Positions 41,464 to 55,229 of a stretch of 64,000 nt of DNA are shown here, piece by piece. Positions within the stretch are counted from its first letter, which is position 1; each line of letters opens with the position of its first letter. The notes beneath the pieces are model-generated. The model searched no databases, was not told where the DNA came from, and saw only the letters and a list, made by a program, of their open reading frames with translations. Origin of the DNA: the human T2T-CHM13v2.0 reference genome, Homo sapiens; the NCBI RefSeq assembly GCF_009914755.1, contig NC_060930.1. The stretch is one strand, 5' to 3'. The position numbers and the translations under genes were made by a program.

Positions 41464-43376
41464 TGATTTTTTTAAGAGAAACAGAATCAACAAACTTTTA
41501 ACTAGACTAAGGAAAAAAAAAAGATTCAAAAAAATAAACTCTGAGATGAAAGAAGAGACATTACAAATGATGCCACAAAAATATAAAGAATCATAAGAGA
41601 CTACTATGAACAATTATGCACCAAAAATTGATAAACTAGAAGAAATGGGTAAATTCCCAGACACATAAAACCTACCAAGACTGAATCATGAAGAAACAGA
41701 AAATCTGAACACACCAATAATGGATAAAGAGATTGAATACATAATAAAAAGTCTCTCATCAAAGATCAGGACCTGATGACATTACTGCTAAATTCTACCA
41801 AACATTCAAAGAAGAATTAACATCAATCCTTCTCAAACTATTTCAAAAAAATTGAAGAGGAAGGAATACTTCCAAACTCTTTTTATGAGGCCAGTATTGC
41901 CCTTATACCAAAGTCAGATAAGAACATTACAAGAAAATTACAGGCCAATATATTTGATGGACATAAATGCAAAACTCCTCAAAAACTAGAAAGCCAAATT
42001 TATTAACACATTAAAAGGATCAGCCATCACAGTCAAGTGGGATTTATTTCTGGGATGCAAGTGTGATTTAACATACACAAATAAATGAATGTGATATATC
42101 ACACTAACAAAATGAAGGACAAAAACCATATGATCATCTCATTGGGTGCAGAAAAAGCATTTGACAAAACTAACATTCTTTCATGACAGAAACTCTCACA
42201 AAATTGGGTATAGAAGGAATGCACCTTAACATAATAAAGGTCACATATGGCCCACAGGTAACACTATACTGAACAGTGAAGAGAAAAATCTAATGCCTTT
42301 CCTCTAAGATCTGGAACAAGACAAGGATGCCTACTCTTCACCAATTCTATTCAACATAACATTGGAAATTCTTGCCAGAGCAATTAGGCAAGAAAAAGAA
42401 ATAAAAGGCATCCAAATATGAAAAGAAGAAGTTAATTTGTCACTGTTTTTTAGTCACATAATCTTTACGTTAAGAACCCTACAGAATCCACTAAAAAACT
42501 TTTAGAACTACTTTAAAAATCCAGTAAAGTTACAGGATACAAAGGCAACACACAAAAATTAGTCACGTTTCTATACACTAACAAAGAATTACCCAAAAAA
42601 GAAATCAAGAGAACAAATCATTCACATAGCAACAAACAAATAAATAAAATACTTAAGAATAAATTTAATCAAGGAGGTGAAAGACTTCTACCCTAAAAAC
42701 TGTAAAAAATTGATGAAAGAAATTGAAAGAAACAAATAAATGGAAAAATATCTGTGTTTATGGATTAGAAGAACTATTACCATTAAAATGCCCTACTACC
42801 CAAAGCTATCTACAGATTCAATGTAATCTCTATCAAAATTCCAATGTCATTTTTCACAGAATTAGAAAAGGCAATCCTAAAATTCATATGAAACAACCAA
42901 AAAAAGCATATAGGCAAGGCAATCATGAACAGAAAGAACAAAGGTATAATACACAATTTCAAAATATATCTGGTCGACAGATATATGAAAAAATGCTTAA
43001 CATTGCTAATCATTAGGAAAACACAAATTAAAATTACAACAGGATTATTCTACAAAGCTATAGTACTAATATCTACACTACAAAGCTATAGTAATTAAAA
43101 TATGGTACTGGCACACACAAAAAATAGATACATCAACCAACAGAATAGAATAGAGAGACCAGAAATAAAGCCACGTATGTACCATTAATTGATTTTCAGC
43201 AAAGTGACAAAAATACACAATGGGAAAAAGGATAGTCTGCTTAACAAATGGTATTGGGAAAACTGGATATCCATATGCAAAAGAATGAAATTGGGCTTTT
43301 ATCTCACATCCTATACAAAAATTTAACTCAAAATTGATTAGAATTAAATGAATGACCAAAAACTATAAAACTACTA

Positions 43377-43692
43377 CAGGTTGAGCATCCCTAATCTGAA
43401 AATCCAAAACTTGGAAATTTTTTGAGTGCTGACATGACACAGTGCAAAATTCCACAAATGCCTACTTAACATAAACTTTGTTTTATGTCCAAAATTATTT
43501 AAAATATTGTATAAAATTACCTTCAGGCTGTGTATACGAAATATACAAAACATAAACAAATTACATGTTTAGACTTGAGTTCCATTCTCAAGATATTTCA
43601 TTATGTATATGAAATATCCAAAATCTAAAAAACAATCCCAAATCTGAAACACCTCTGGTCCCAAGCATTTTGGATAATGGGTACTCAACCTA
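43377..43692. mobile_element. Tigger4 (MER46/Zombi) MITE, Tigger4b-sized
   Basis: TIRs caggttgagcatccctaatctgaaa / ttttggataatgggtactcaacct; TA flanks. Confidence 0.85.
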
Positions 43693-43976
43693 TAGGAGAA
43701 AATGAGAAAAAAGCACATGACATTGGTCTAAACAATGATTTTGTGGATTTGATCTGAAAAGCTCAGGCAACAAAAGCAAAATTGGACAAATAGAATTACA
43801 TCAAACTAAAAAGCTTCTGTACAGAAAAGGAAAAACAGTGTGCAGAGACAACCTACAGATGGGAGGGAAATATTTGCAAGTCATACATTCACTAAAGGGT
43901 TAATATCCAAAAAATACAAGTTCAAACAACTGAATAGCAAGAAAACAAAACACCCAATTTTAAAATGAATAAGGAA

Positions 43977-44138
43977 TACACAGAAAGAGGATATTGAATA
44001 TTCCCAGTGCAAAGATATGATAAATGTTTGAGATGATGGATATGCCAATTACCCTGATCTGATTACTATGCACTGTATCAAAACATCACTATGTACCCCA
44101 TAAATATGTACAATTATTATGTCAATTAAAAACATTTT
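43977..44138 (+). mobile_element. Short L1MA2/3-like 3' stub inserted in the host L1
   Basis: gataaatgtttgagatgatggatatgccaattaccctgat...taccccataaatatgtacaattatta; flanking duplication aaatg(aat/ggc)aaggaa. Confidence 0.75.
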
Positions 44139-45012
44139 AAATGGGCAAGGAACCTGAATAAACTCTCAGAAGACATTCAAATGGCCAACAGATATATGAA
44201 AATATGCTCGACATTGCTAATCATTAGGAAAATACAAATTAAAACTACAAAAAGATCATATCTCACATCTGTCAGAAAGGCTATTATCAAAAAGATGAAA
44301 CATAACAATGTTAGCAAAGTTGTAGAGAAAAGGGAATCCTTGCACACAGTTGGTAAGAATGTAAATTAGCCATTATGGGAAACTATGGAGATTCCTCAGA
44401 AAACCAAAAATACAATTATTTTATATGATCCAGAAGTTACGCTTCTGAGTATTTACCCAAAAGATTTGAAATCAGTTGTCAAAGAGATGTCTGCACTCAT
44501 GTACCTTGCTGCATTACGCACAATAGCCAAGTTATGAAATCAACTTAAGTGTCCATCAACATATAAATAGATTTAAAATGTGGTATATCTACACAATAAA
44601 AATACTATTCAGCCTTTAAAAAGAAGGATAGTCTGTCATTTACAACAGGTGTGGAATTGGAGAACATTATGGCTAAGTGAAATAAGCCAGTCAGAGAAAG
44701 ACAAACTTCCCATATTCTCACCAATATGTGGAATCTAAAACAATCAAACTCATAGAAGCAGAGAGTAGAATACTGATTACAGAGACTGGGGAGAGGGGGG
44801 AATGGGGAGATGATGGTGAGAGGGTATAAAATCTCAGACATAAGGAATATGGCTTTATTAGATCTATAGCACACTGTGGTAAATACAGTTAATAACAGCG
44901 TACATTTCAAAAATTGCTAAGAGAGTAAATTTTAAACATTCTCACCACAAAAACATGTTAAGTATTTGAGGTGATGGAAATGTTAACTAGCTTTATTTAA
45001 TTATTCCACATT

Positions 45013-45307
45013 GGCTGGGCAAGGTGTCTCACACCTATAATCCCAGCACTTCGAGAGGTTGAGGCGAGAAGATCACTTAAGCCTAGGAGCTGAGACCAAT
45101 CTGGGAAAATATAGCAAGACTACATCCCTACCAAAAAAAAATTTTTTTTCATTAGCTGGGCCAAGTGGCATGCACCTGTAGTCCCAGCTACTCAGGAGGC
45201 TCAGGATGGAGGATCCACTTGATCCCAGGAGTCTGAGGCTGCAGTGAGCCATAGTTGCACCACTGCACTCCAGCCTGGGTGAGAGTGAGATCCTGTCTCT
45301 AAAAAAA
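45013..45307 (+). mobile_element. AluJ
   Basis: Diverged Alu dimer; TSD attattcca(ca/cc)ttg. Confidence 0.9.
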
Positions 45308-45412
45308 TTATTATTATTATTCCACCTTGTCTTCATAAATCATAACATTACTTTCTACCTCATACATATATATGTATAAATCATCCATTTACAGTTAAAG
45401 AATTAAAATTTT

Positions 45413-47460
45413 AAAAACTAGTAAAGTTTCGAAGAAATTAAAAATATATATGCTAGGTGAGGAAAATGGCTTAGAAGAAAAGCTAAGTAGGGGTTTGTGA
45501 AAAGGGGCCAGATGTTATATAGATTTGGCTGGGAAAACTTTCTGATAATAATATGTTTAAATGAGGAGCTAAAGTAAAGGAGAAAGTACGTCATACTTTT
45601 GTGGGAAAAGACAATTTCAGGCAGAGAAGAAAGTCCCTGCTGCAGATGCTTGCTTGGCATCCTCAAAGAGTCCCAAGAGATCCATGTGGCTGGAGCAGAA
45701 TGAGAACATGGGAGACAAGGTTGGAAAAATAGTGAGGGGCCAGGGATTTTATTCTGATTAAGATGGGAAACATTTAAGCATTATGAACAGAAGAGTGATA
45801 TAATCTAACATCTTTTTTAAAGGTTCTCTCTTGCAGCTGTTTGAAAAATAGACTTGTTAAGATGAGCAGCAAGACTAGTTAGAAGGCTATTGCAATGGTT
45901 CAGGTTTGAGGTAATGGTATCTTGAACTAGAATAGTAGTGGTTCAGATGTGGTGAGATACTGCAACTGTAGACTAAACAGATTTGGTGGTGGACAGGACA
46001 AGTGGCATGACACAAAGCAATAAAGGGTGCACTAAGATTTTGGAATGAGCTACTGGAATGATGGAAGTACCACTGACTGAGGTGTGGCTGACTATGGGAG
46101 GAACAGTTTTGGGGCTGCAAAAGAGTCAAGAGTTCCACTGTTAAGATTGAAATATCAGTCAGAAACTCCCTTGGAAGTTTCAAATAGGTAGTTACGTATG
46201 CAATTCTTGACTGGAAATATACGTAGAGAAGCTGTTATGAACTGAATGTTTGTGTGCCACTGAAGAAGAGACCAGAGCTCTCTCCCTCTCTCTCTCTTCA
46301 CCACGTGAGGAGACAGTTGGAAGGCAGATGTCCTACAAGCCAGGGAGAGATCTCTCATCAGGAAGCAAATCTGTGGCTCCTTGATCTTAGATTTTCCAGT
46401 CTCCATAAACAAGAATTAAATGTGTGTTGTTTATTTTTGTATTTTGTTAGAGTCAGCCCAAGCTAAGATGGAAGACAAGAGCCTGAATAGGACACCTAGA
46501 GAGTGAGTTTTGCTAAAAAAGACAATAGCCCAAGGACACAGCCTGAAGCACTCTCACTAACTGAAGTTGGAAAGAGGATAACCCAGCACAGAACACTGAG
46601 TAGGAGCAGCCAGTCAGGGCAAAGGAGAACAAGAGAAAGCTGAATTTCAGAAACCTAGATATGAGATGGTTTTAAGGAGGAAGGACAATCAAGTGTAAAA
46701 AGTGCAGCTGGTAGATTGAGCATAATGAGGATGCTATTCAGCTGATAGGAGTAACCTTACAAGAGCTCTTTCAGTGGTGAAAATGAGACAGAAATATGTT
46801 CTAAGTAGGAGAGAAATGAAATGGAGCTAGCAAGAAGAGACAATAATTTCTAAGAGTAAGGGTTTTGTTATAATGGAGACATATAAATGATGCAATGGTT
46901 AGAGTAGAATGTGGAGAAAAGGGTTTTCCCTAATGGAAGATATTACAACATATTTATTTGTATGCTATTGATAAATGTTCACTATAGAGATGAATATTGA
47001 TGATGCAGAGATAGACCATTTTGGATTGACATCTTTAACAGAAAGGGATAAGATCCAGTGCACTAGAAAGGGTGAGGCCTTAGATAGTCCATCCATTGCA
47101 AGAGAAGGGAATGCTCATTATACGGACATAGATAATTTGGTGTGTTTTGTCAGGTTGCATGTGGAAATTCTCTTCCATTACTTCCATTTACTCAGTGAAA
47201 TAAAAAGCAAGGTCATCAGCTGAGAATAAAAGATAGTGGGAGTATTAGAGGTTTTAAAAAAAAAAGAAAGCATAAAATCTTTTACTCAGTGAATTGCCAG
47301 GGAAAGGTAATAGGTTTTGGGGGGCAGCAGTTAAAGCCATCTCTGAGATTTGTGGTCATAAATTTAACATTAAGCCAATAATTACGGTTGTATTTTTTTT
47401 GCTACCTCTGTTTAGCTGATTAGATGCAGTCATGGAGTACGGTAAGATTAGCCCACATGT
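45413..47460 (-). mobile_element. L2a body (continuation of 26400-26522), interrupted by MLT1A
   Basis: catgtggctggagcagaatgaga; ggattttattctgattaagatgggaaa; tttactcagtgaaataaaaagcaaggtcatcagctgaga. Confidence 0.75.
46233..46470 (+). mobile_element. MLT1A-like LTR, internally deleted
   Basis: tgttatgaactgaatgtttgtgt...ccttgatcttagattttccagtctcca...gcccaagctaaga. Confidence 0.75.
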
Positions 47461-47706
47461 TCAGCACCCACTATATAAAAGGCTTGAGATTAAAGATAAA
47501 AGTGAGGAGGACTCTATCAAATTCACAATATTATGGAAATTGGAAAACAAGCAAAAAATTAAAAGACAGCACAAAATAGCAATAGTCAGAGAACACACAG
47601 AGTGAGAAGGTGATACTATTCATGGTAGTGAAGGATCAGAGAAGGTAGCCTGGAAAAGGTTACCATAATCTCTCTCTCTAACTCATGCAACAGATGATTT
47701 CACACC

Positions 47707-48268
47707 TGTGATGGTTAATTTTATGTGTCAACTTGACTGGGCTAAGGAATATCCAGAGAGATGCTAAAACATTACTTCTGGTGTGTATTTGAGCATATTT
47801 CCAGAGCAGATTAGCATTTTAATCAGCAAACTGAGTAAAGATCTGCTTTCACCAATGTGGGCAAGCATCATCCAATCTGTTGAGGGCCTGGATAAAACAA
47901 AAAGACAGAGGAAGGGTTTATTCACTCCCTCTGTTCTTGGGCTGGGACAGACATCCATCTTCCCTCAGTCTTGGACATCAGAGCTCCTGGTTCTTGGGAC
48001 TTCAGACCTTGGGATTTACATTAGCACCCTCCTGCTCTTCTCCCCTCCAAGTTCTCAGTTCTTCAGCCTCAGGCTGAGAGTTCTACCATTGGCTCTCCTA
48101 GTTATCAGGCCTCAGACTCTAACCAAATCACACTATCAGCTTTTCTGGGTCTCCAGTTTACAGACGGCATATCATGAGACTTCTTGACCTTCATAATTGC
48201 ATTAGCCAATTCCCATAATTCTCCTCTTAGATACAACCTTATATCCTATTGGTATCCTGACAGATACA
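47707..48268 (+). mobile_element. ERVL solo LTR (MLT2B/D-like)
   Basis: tgtgatggttaattttatgtgtcaacttgactgggctaagg start; cctgacagataca end; 5-bp TSD acacc. Confidence 0.9.
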
Positions 48269-48597
48269 ACACCACTGCAGGATTCAAATGTAACCGAGAG
48301 ACAGTTTTGTAATGGAAGAGACCTGTCACAATGGCTATGATCCCAATTCAATCCAAAAGCATTGCCAGTGGAGTGAATTCCTCTGTCTCTCAGTGCAGAC
48401 CAAGTCCTTGCCAACAGCTTAAGAGAAAAAAAAAGTGAAGAACAAGAATCTGCTACTGTTTCTTCATTTATAAGGATTGTCTCCCAGATAGGAGAAATAT
48501 CAAGTCTGCTATTTTCTAGATGCTATATATCTTGTTTAGGTATAAATAAATAAATAAAGTATCTTTTTTCTTTGTTCCCTCTTTCAACTCTACCCAG

Positions 48598-48786
48598 GTT
48601 TCCACTAAGAATCTCCATTGAGGTGATCAATATCCACCCCACACATTCCACATTGCTCCCCACTGTACTCAGAGTGGACGTGCACATCCCCGATGCAAAT
48701 TGCCACATCATTATAATGGAAGGAGTGTTTCAAAGTTCCGTACTTCCTCATTTTGAAAACCTTAATGTGAATTGGTTTCCTTCCAA
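48598..48786 (+). other. Candidate spliced exon (189 nt, phase 2-2, open frame), gene unknown
   Basis: Polypyrimidine tract tcttttttctttgttccctctttcaactctacccAG|G and donor AA|GTAAGT; 63 codons open; not a recognisable repeat. Confidence 0.5.
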
Positions 48787-49149
48787 GTAAGTGCAAATAA
48801 TATGTTTTGGTGACTCAGATGTTTTAAAGAACAAGAATATTTGCTTCCCATTATATATTATTGGCAATAGTTGATGTCCAATCACTTGTTTTTTTTTAAT
48901 TGCTCTCATACTCTTAGATCTGTTTTTATTGCAATTTTTTTCAAATGTTGAAAACGATTGCTAAAATATTATTTAAACTTGAGTGTACACGCTTATGTTG
49001 GCTTTATTCGTCATCATCATGAGCCACTCAGAAATAACAACTGAGATGTATATTGAAAGATGAATAAAGATATTCTGACAGAAAATTGAGAATAAAATTT
49101 CAGACCACAGGGGCAGCATGTAAAGATGCAATAGAGTAGGGAATGAAGC

Positions 49150-49620
49150 CAATGCCACATGCAGACTCCATTTTCCTCAAGATACTTGGAGCAAGAAAGA
49201 AGAGCTCTGGCCCCAGCTCCAGAGGGGAGGAGTGGATTCTGACTAGCTTAATCCATTCACCGTGATTCCATTTTCCTTGCCAGCAATCAGTTAGACACGA
49301 ACATGTGAAGCAATCTTAGCCAATGGAGTGACACACGAGAAGTCTGGAGGGGAAGCTGGCAAAGAAAAGAGGCATACAAAGAGACCTAGTGAAAAGCTGT
49401 CTCTCTTCTTCTACTGGACGTTGTCTTGTTTCTATATTCCAGTGGAACTGTCTCAGCTATCTTGAAAACAGGAGCACTAGTCAAAACCTAGTCACTATGC
49501 TGAGGACAGCGAGTGAAAATTTGACAAGAATGGGAGTTCCAATTATGTCATCACTGAGTGGCAGAATCAACCAACCCAGAAGCTGCTCTCTCAGGACTTT
49601 TTTTTTTTCCTATAATCTAT
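49150..49620 (+). mobile_element. MLT1J/K-like LTR
   Basis: ccccagctccagagggg...ccattttccttgccag...ttagccaatg...cagctatcttg...atcactgag...aaccaacccagaagctgc. Confidence 0.7.
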
Positions 49621-49740
49621 CAAATATAATTTTTGGAAGGAAGCAAAGAAGGGAGAAGAAAAGGGGGCGGAAGGGGTGAGGAGACAAAACTAAATTAACC
49701 ATAGAATTTTAAAACTTTAAAAAATATTTTTAAGTGATAG

Positions 49741-50430
<690 letters not shown>

Positions 50431-51049
50431 AATGTTAAAAAAATTATTGCAATTCTTTGGATTCAAATAAAGTGGTATTATATGGAAATAACTGACTTAA
50501 TTTGTAATTCATTATTTTAAAACCATATAATCACATGAAATTTTATGCTATACTGTCTTTACATTACTTTTTAATAGAAAAATAGTAATATTGGGTCATC
50601 GGTAATATTCAGTTTCCCAAAATGTATAATAATCTGTTTTTAATCAATGTTTGTAAGGATAACAAAGTCAATATCCACTCAATTTTCCCTATCCTCTAAG
50701 ATCATGTCAATAATTGTTTTAAAAGCAATGTTAGGCGTATTTTTAAAGACCTTGCATACAGTATGTGCTCAATATTTGTCTGTTGGAGGAATAAACAAAT
50801 GCTTTCATACTTATTTAGAATTATTTTAATTACTTCTCATATTTTGTCACAAGACTGTCTAATCAGCAGTCTTCTTCCTTCATCCTTTTTCATCCCAGTC
50901 TGTTTGCAGATAAAAATTCAATTAGATAATATTTAGTGTATCTATTTGGCATACAGTAAGTGCATAATACACATATACACACGTACACCATATGCACATG
51001 TACACACGTGTGTATGCATATGCACACACAAACACAAAAACAGTGATCA

Positions 51050-51278
51050 TCCTGGCTAACATGGTGAAACTCCGTCTCTACTAAAAATACAAAAAATTAG
51101 CCAGGCGTGGTGGCAGGCGCCTGTAGTCCCAGCTACTCGGGAGGCTGAGGCAGGAGAATGGCATGAACCCAGGAGGCGGAGCTTGCTTGCAGCGAGCCGA
51201 GATCGTGCCACTGCACTCCGGCCTGGGTGACAGAGCAAGACTCTGTCTCAAAAAAAAAAAAAAAAAAAAGAAAAAAAA
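51050..51278 (+). mobile_element. 5'-truncated AluY
   Basis: tcctggctaacatgg...gaatggcatgaacc...ggagcttgc; TSD agtgatca (51042-51049/51279-51286). Confidence 0.92.
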
Positions 51279-51599
51279 AGTGATCAGTCTGCCCATCAAT
51301 GAATCTTCTCGTCTTCCACCCAGAGGGATGTAAGCCTGGTTGACAGGGTCCTCTGAGCAAAAAGGAAAAACGGGTTAAGATTATTAGATGCAATCCCATT
51401 TTCATAATTGTTCCCAATCTTTCAGACAGGCCTTATGTCTATGCGTGGAGAGTGCATCTCTTTCAACCCCCACAAGCAAATATCCAGTCTTCTGCTGTGG
51501 TGGAGGAGAAATAGTTGTACAGTTGTGTTGGGCAGGGAAGGTGACATGTGGTTTTGCTTCTTAATAGTCTTTAAACCAGTTTTCCTGACTCCACAAGTA

Positions 51600-53250
51600 C
51601 CTGATGCCTCCAATTTTTGAGATTTTTAAGTTTCATCTTCTTAATTGGATTGCTTCTTCTTGGATATCCTTCTTGCACTCCAACAATCTGTTAAATCCGT
51701 AACCATTCATTCATTTGCTTTTGTGCTTCCAAAATTGTATTGGCATTTCTCATCTTGTGCTCTCTCCTCTCTCATTAACTGTTCCCACGAGGCTAAACTT
51801 TCTTTTGCTTTCAGCCACATTTTCATGTGGTTTTCTTTTGGAGAGAGTAAAGATAAATATTTGTGTCCAGTTCATTTTTAACTAGGTGCTCTTTAATGAA
51901 TCTTCAAACGTCAAGCCATGCTTGCATTCCCAAAATAAAACCTATCTAATCATGACATATTATTTTTAATATATTACTAGATTCTCCTTATTAATATTTG
52001 ATTTTGAGTGTTCATATCTAGTTTTATAAGTGCAATTCGCTTATTATTTTTTAATCTGCTCCTACAATTTCCATGTCAAGATGATATTAACCTCATAAAA
52101 TGAATTTGGTAGCTTTACTCTTGTTATATAATCTGAGAAGTTTGTATAAGATATTCCTGGTTAATATGCTAAATAATACTAATAAACTAGCTTCCAAAAA
52201 CTGATCTGTGTCTGGTGTTTTGGATAGGCAAGTGGAACTTTTTAACAACTTTGATACCTCTTCCTTGTTATCATTTTCTCTTTGAGTCACTGTTAGTTTG
52301 CTTATATTTTTCCTAAAATTGTTTACATTTTTTCTGAGTTTTGAAATATAAAGGCATCAAGTTTCTTATCAGACATTCTTTGAATTATTGAATCTCTACT
52401 TATATCTTATATTTGCACTTTTCTTTTCTTTTCTACCAATAATATTCTTTATTTGAGCCTGTCTTATTTACCTTTTGGATCAGATTTAGCAGAGGTTTGT
52501 CTATTTCATCAGTCCTTCTAATTTTGCTTGGAAACCCTTGTTAATGATTTTTATTTTGAAGCCTTTTTTCTATTTCATTAATTTCTGCTACCCTCTCTTT
52601 AATTTCCTTTACTCTAAATTCTTCAGTTTCACTGTTTTTTCCTTTCATGTACCTCAAATTTAACAGTTATCTTGTGTTTTCAAATATTTTTATATTCCTA
52701 ATACAGAAATTTAGACTATAAATTTCTAAGATTCACTTTAACTGCCTCCACTAAATTTTGATACATAATGCTTTAGAAATTATTGAGTGATAAATGTTTT
52801 CTGATTTGTAATTAATTTCCACTTTAACCCAAAAATTGTTTGTGACTGTACCCATCCTCCAAATCATGCAGGATAGTCAGAAAGAAAAAAAATTTACATT
52901 TTTCTTATTTCTAAAATATTATTACATTGTGATTGAGAATCAATATGCTGTTGACATTTTTGGAATTTGTAGAGATTTCTATTGTAGCCTTGCCCAAGTG
53001 AATTTTGAAAATAATCTCTATGTACTGTGAATCAATGTTCATTCTCTGCGTTGGATACAAGCTTCTATACATATTTATTAAAGCAAGCTTTCAATAGGTT
53101 ATTCAAATCTCCTTTTCTTTCTCTCTTCAATTTTTCCAGCTGTTTGTTCTGTGTTACAGGGAGAAATATTTTAAACTTCCTTCTATGTTTGTAGGTTTGT
53201 CAGTTTCTCTTTGTAGTTTCTTTATGTCTTTCAATCCTTTGTGGTTAGGA
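51600..53250 (-). mobile_element. Very old L1M (L1ME-like) ORF2 fragments
   Basis: T-rich antisense L1 texture: catgcttgcattcccaaaataaaccta, ctataaatttct...ttaactgcctcca...aattttgata, tattcaaatctcc. Confidence 0.65.
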
Positions 53251-53452
53251 GCTTTGAATTGGGAAGATTAAAAAATGTTAGGAGTTTTTAGACCAGTGGG
53301 AATAAAACTCAAGGCCTGATACAAAAAAAGAAACACAGCGCTCTAAATCTGACAGGAAAAAGGCCTATTTCTTTTTCTCAATTGTGTATAGTGTTTACAT
53401 ACCTCTGAGAGATGTGACCCCTCTTTTTTTTAAATCTGTAACGTATTTTCAG

Positions 53453-53613
53453 GGAAAGTTGTGGAGAGGGCGTCTCCACCTGGCTTCATGCGTTTCCTCT
53501 CCTCCCCTCCCTTCCTAGCACAGCCTGTCTTTGGTCAAAAGCTTCCTATATCTCTCTCTTACTCTCCCTTCTCATGGCTTCTCCTTATCTCTAGTGACCA
53601 TTCTATCCTTTCC
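53453..53613 (+). other. Second candidate exon (161 nt)
   Basis: Acceptor ctcttttttttaaatctgtaacgtattttcAG|G and donor TCC|GTAAGT. Confidence 0.25.
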
Positions 53614-54404
53614 GTAAGTATTTCCATTTTCTTTTCCTCTTTATGTCTCCCTTAATGGGTCATAAAGTGGAACTTGAGAGTTTTTGTTTGTTGATAATGC
53701 TTATGTTTATGCTATTAATATGAAAATGATATTCATTCAACTCAAACATACATAAGTCATTTGAAGAAAAAATTGTGCCAGATTTTTCTTCATCTTTTTC
53801 GATAACCATTACAATTTTTTAAACATTCATATGTCTAAAATTGCTCTTTTTCCCTTTGGTTTAACAACTAATGATTATTTTAAAAATTCCTATTGCAACC
53901 TCAGATTTCTATTCCACCCATTTTTAATGGGGAGAGAAATTTATAATATCATCTCCTTTTGCTGAAAGAGTCTGTGAAATAAGTGTAATTTCTTTTTAGC
54001 TTAGTCCCAGTGTTGTAATTGTAGAATAGTTAAAGGAGAGCATGTGTACCAATTTTTTTCAAAGAAAAAAATGTTTTTTTTTCAACAACAGAAGTTTGTG
54101 TCTAGGAGGAAACTCATCTAATTGGTCCAAGACCAGGCTGCTAAAATGCATGTTTATTTATCTCAGAGCCATGACACAAAAGAATATTGCCACTAAAATG
54201 TAAAAAAGAATATTAAATTTAAATATAACATCTCTGAGATTGCTTTGTCTTTCAGCAGCATGGCTATGATGAATACCTTGTTAAAGCTGTAAATAACTTT
54301 GGCATTTATAGCTTTATCAAAGAGTAATTATGATATAAAGAAATATGAAGATACCTGCCTCTAGAATTTCCATACTGTTCTTATAATTCTTTAGTTATGT
54401 TGGG

Positions 54405-54440
54405 CATACATGCACACTCACACACATACACACACACACG
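54405..54440. repeat. Imperfect (CA)n
   Basis: Directly visible. Confidence 0.85.
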
Positions 54441-55229
54441 AACGAGGCATTTTTTCCCACTATCGAACAATTACATGAGAAGACTATAGTCGGACATCAC
54501 AGCAATCCCTGCAAGGCTGCTTAAGGGATAGTTTATGTTGCATTTTGTGCAGTTTTCTGTCAAGGTGATTTCTATGGTAACCCCTATTTGCATCCTTTCA
54601 AATGGTGGTAAAATCCGACACATCCCATTAAATATTGATAGCAGTATTTCATCTACTCTTAAGCCCACTTGGGAATTCTTCATTTTATCTACTGACTGAG
54701 ACCATTCCCTTGTGGTATCAAGGCAGCAAGCTTTTACTGTTAAAATGTTAATTAGATTTTTATAACCATTTTTATAGTTCTGCTCTTCATCTTGATAGCT
54801 ACAAACGTATTTATTTACAATTCCATAATGTTCTCATTAATATGCTATGGAAATCTGCTGTAGTACACAGAAGTTAGCTTAATAACAACCCACAGAAATA
54901 TATCCTTAAAGACATCTGTGAAACATCTGTAGAATTATAATGATGCAAAATAATTTTTCAGCAAATGAGATAATAAGCAGATGATACTTAAGGTCAACAT
55001 TCTTTATGGCCATAACCTGTCTGCTGGTATAACTATTTCATGCATTTAATAGCATGGATACTACTAATGTTTATTTGCTAAATTCCATGTCTACTTACTA
55101 ATGTTTATTTGCTAAATTCCATGCTCATTAAAAGTAATGCACATGTAGCCCAGAATATCCTGAGGTCTAAAATAATAGGCACAATCATAGCATTCATTAG
55201 TAACATTTTCCTACAAGATGTGTCAAAAA

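Noticed and set aside
50968-51040. Alternating purine-pyrimidine tract with palindrome tacacacgtgtgta
   Set aside because: Common degenerate CA/TG microsatellite; no evidence of function.
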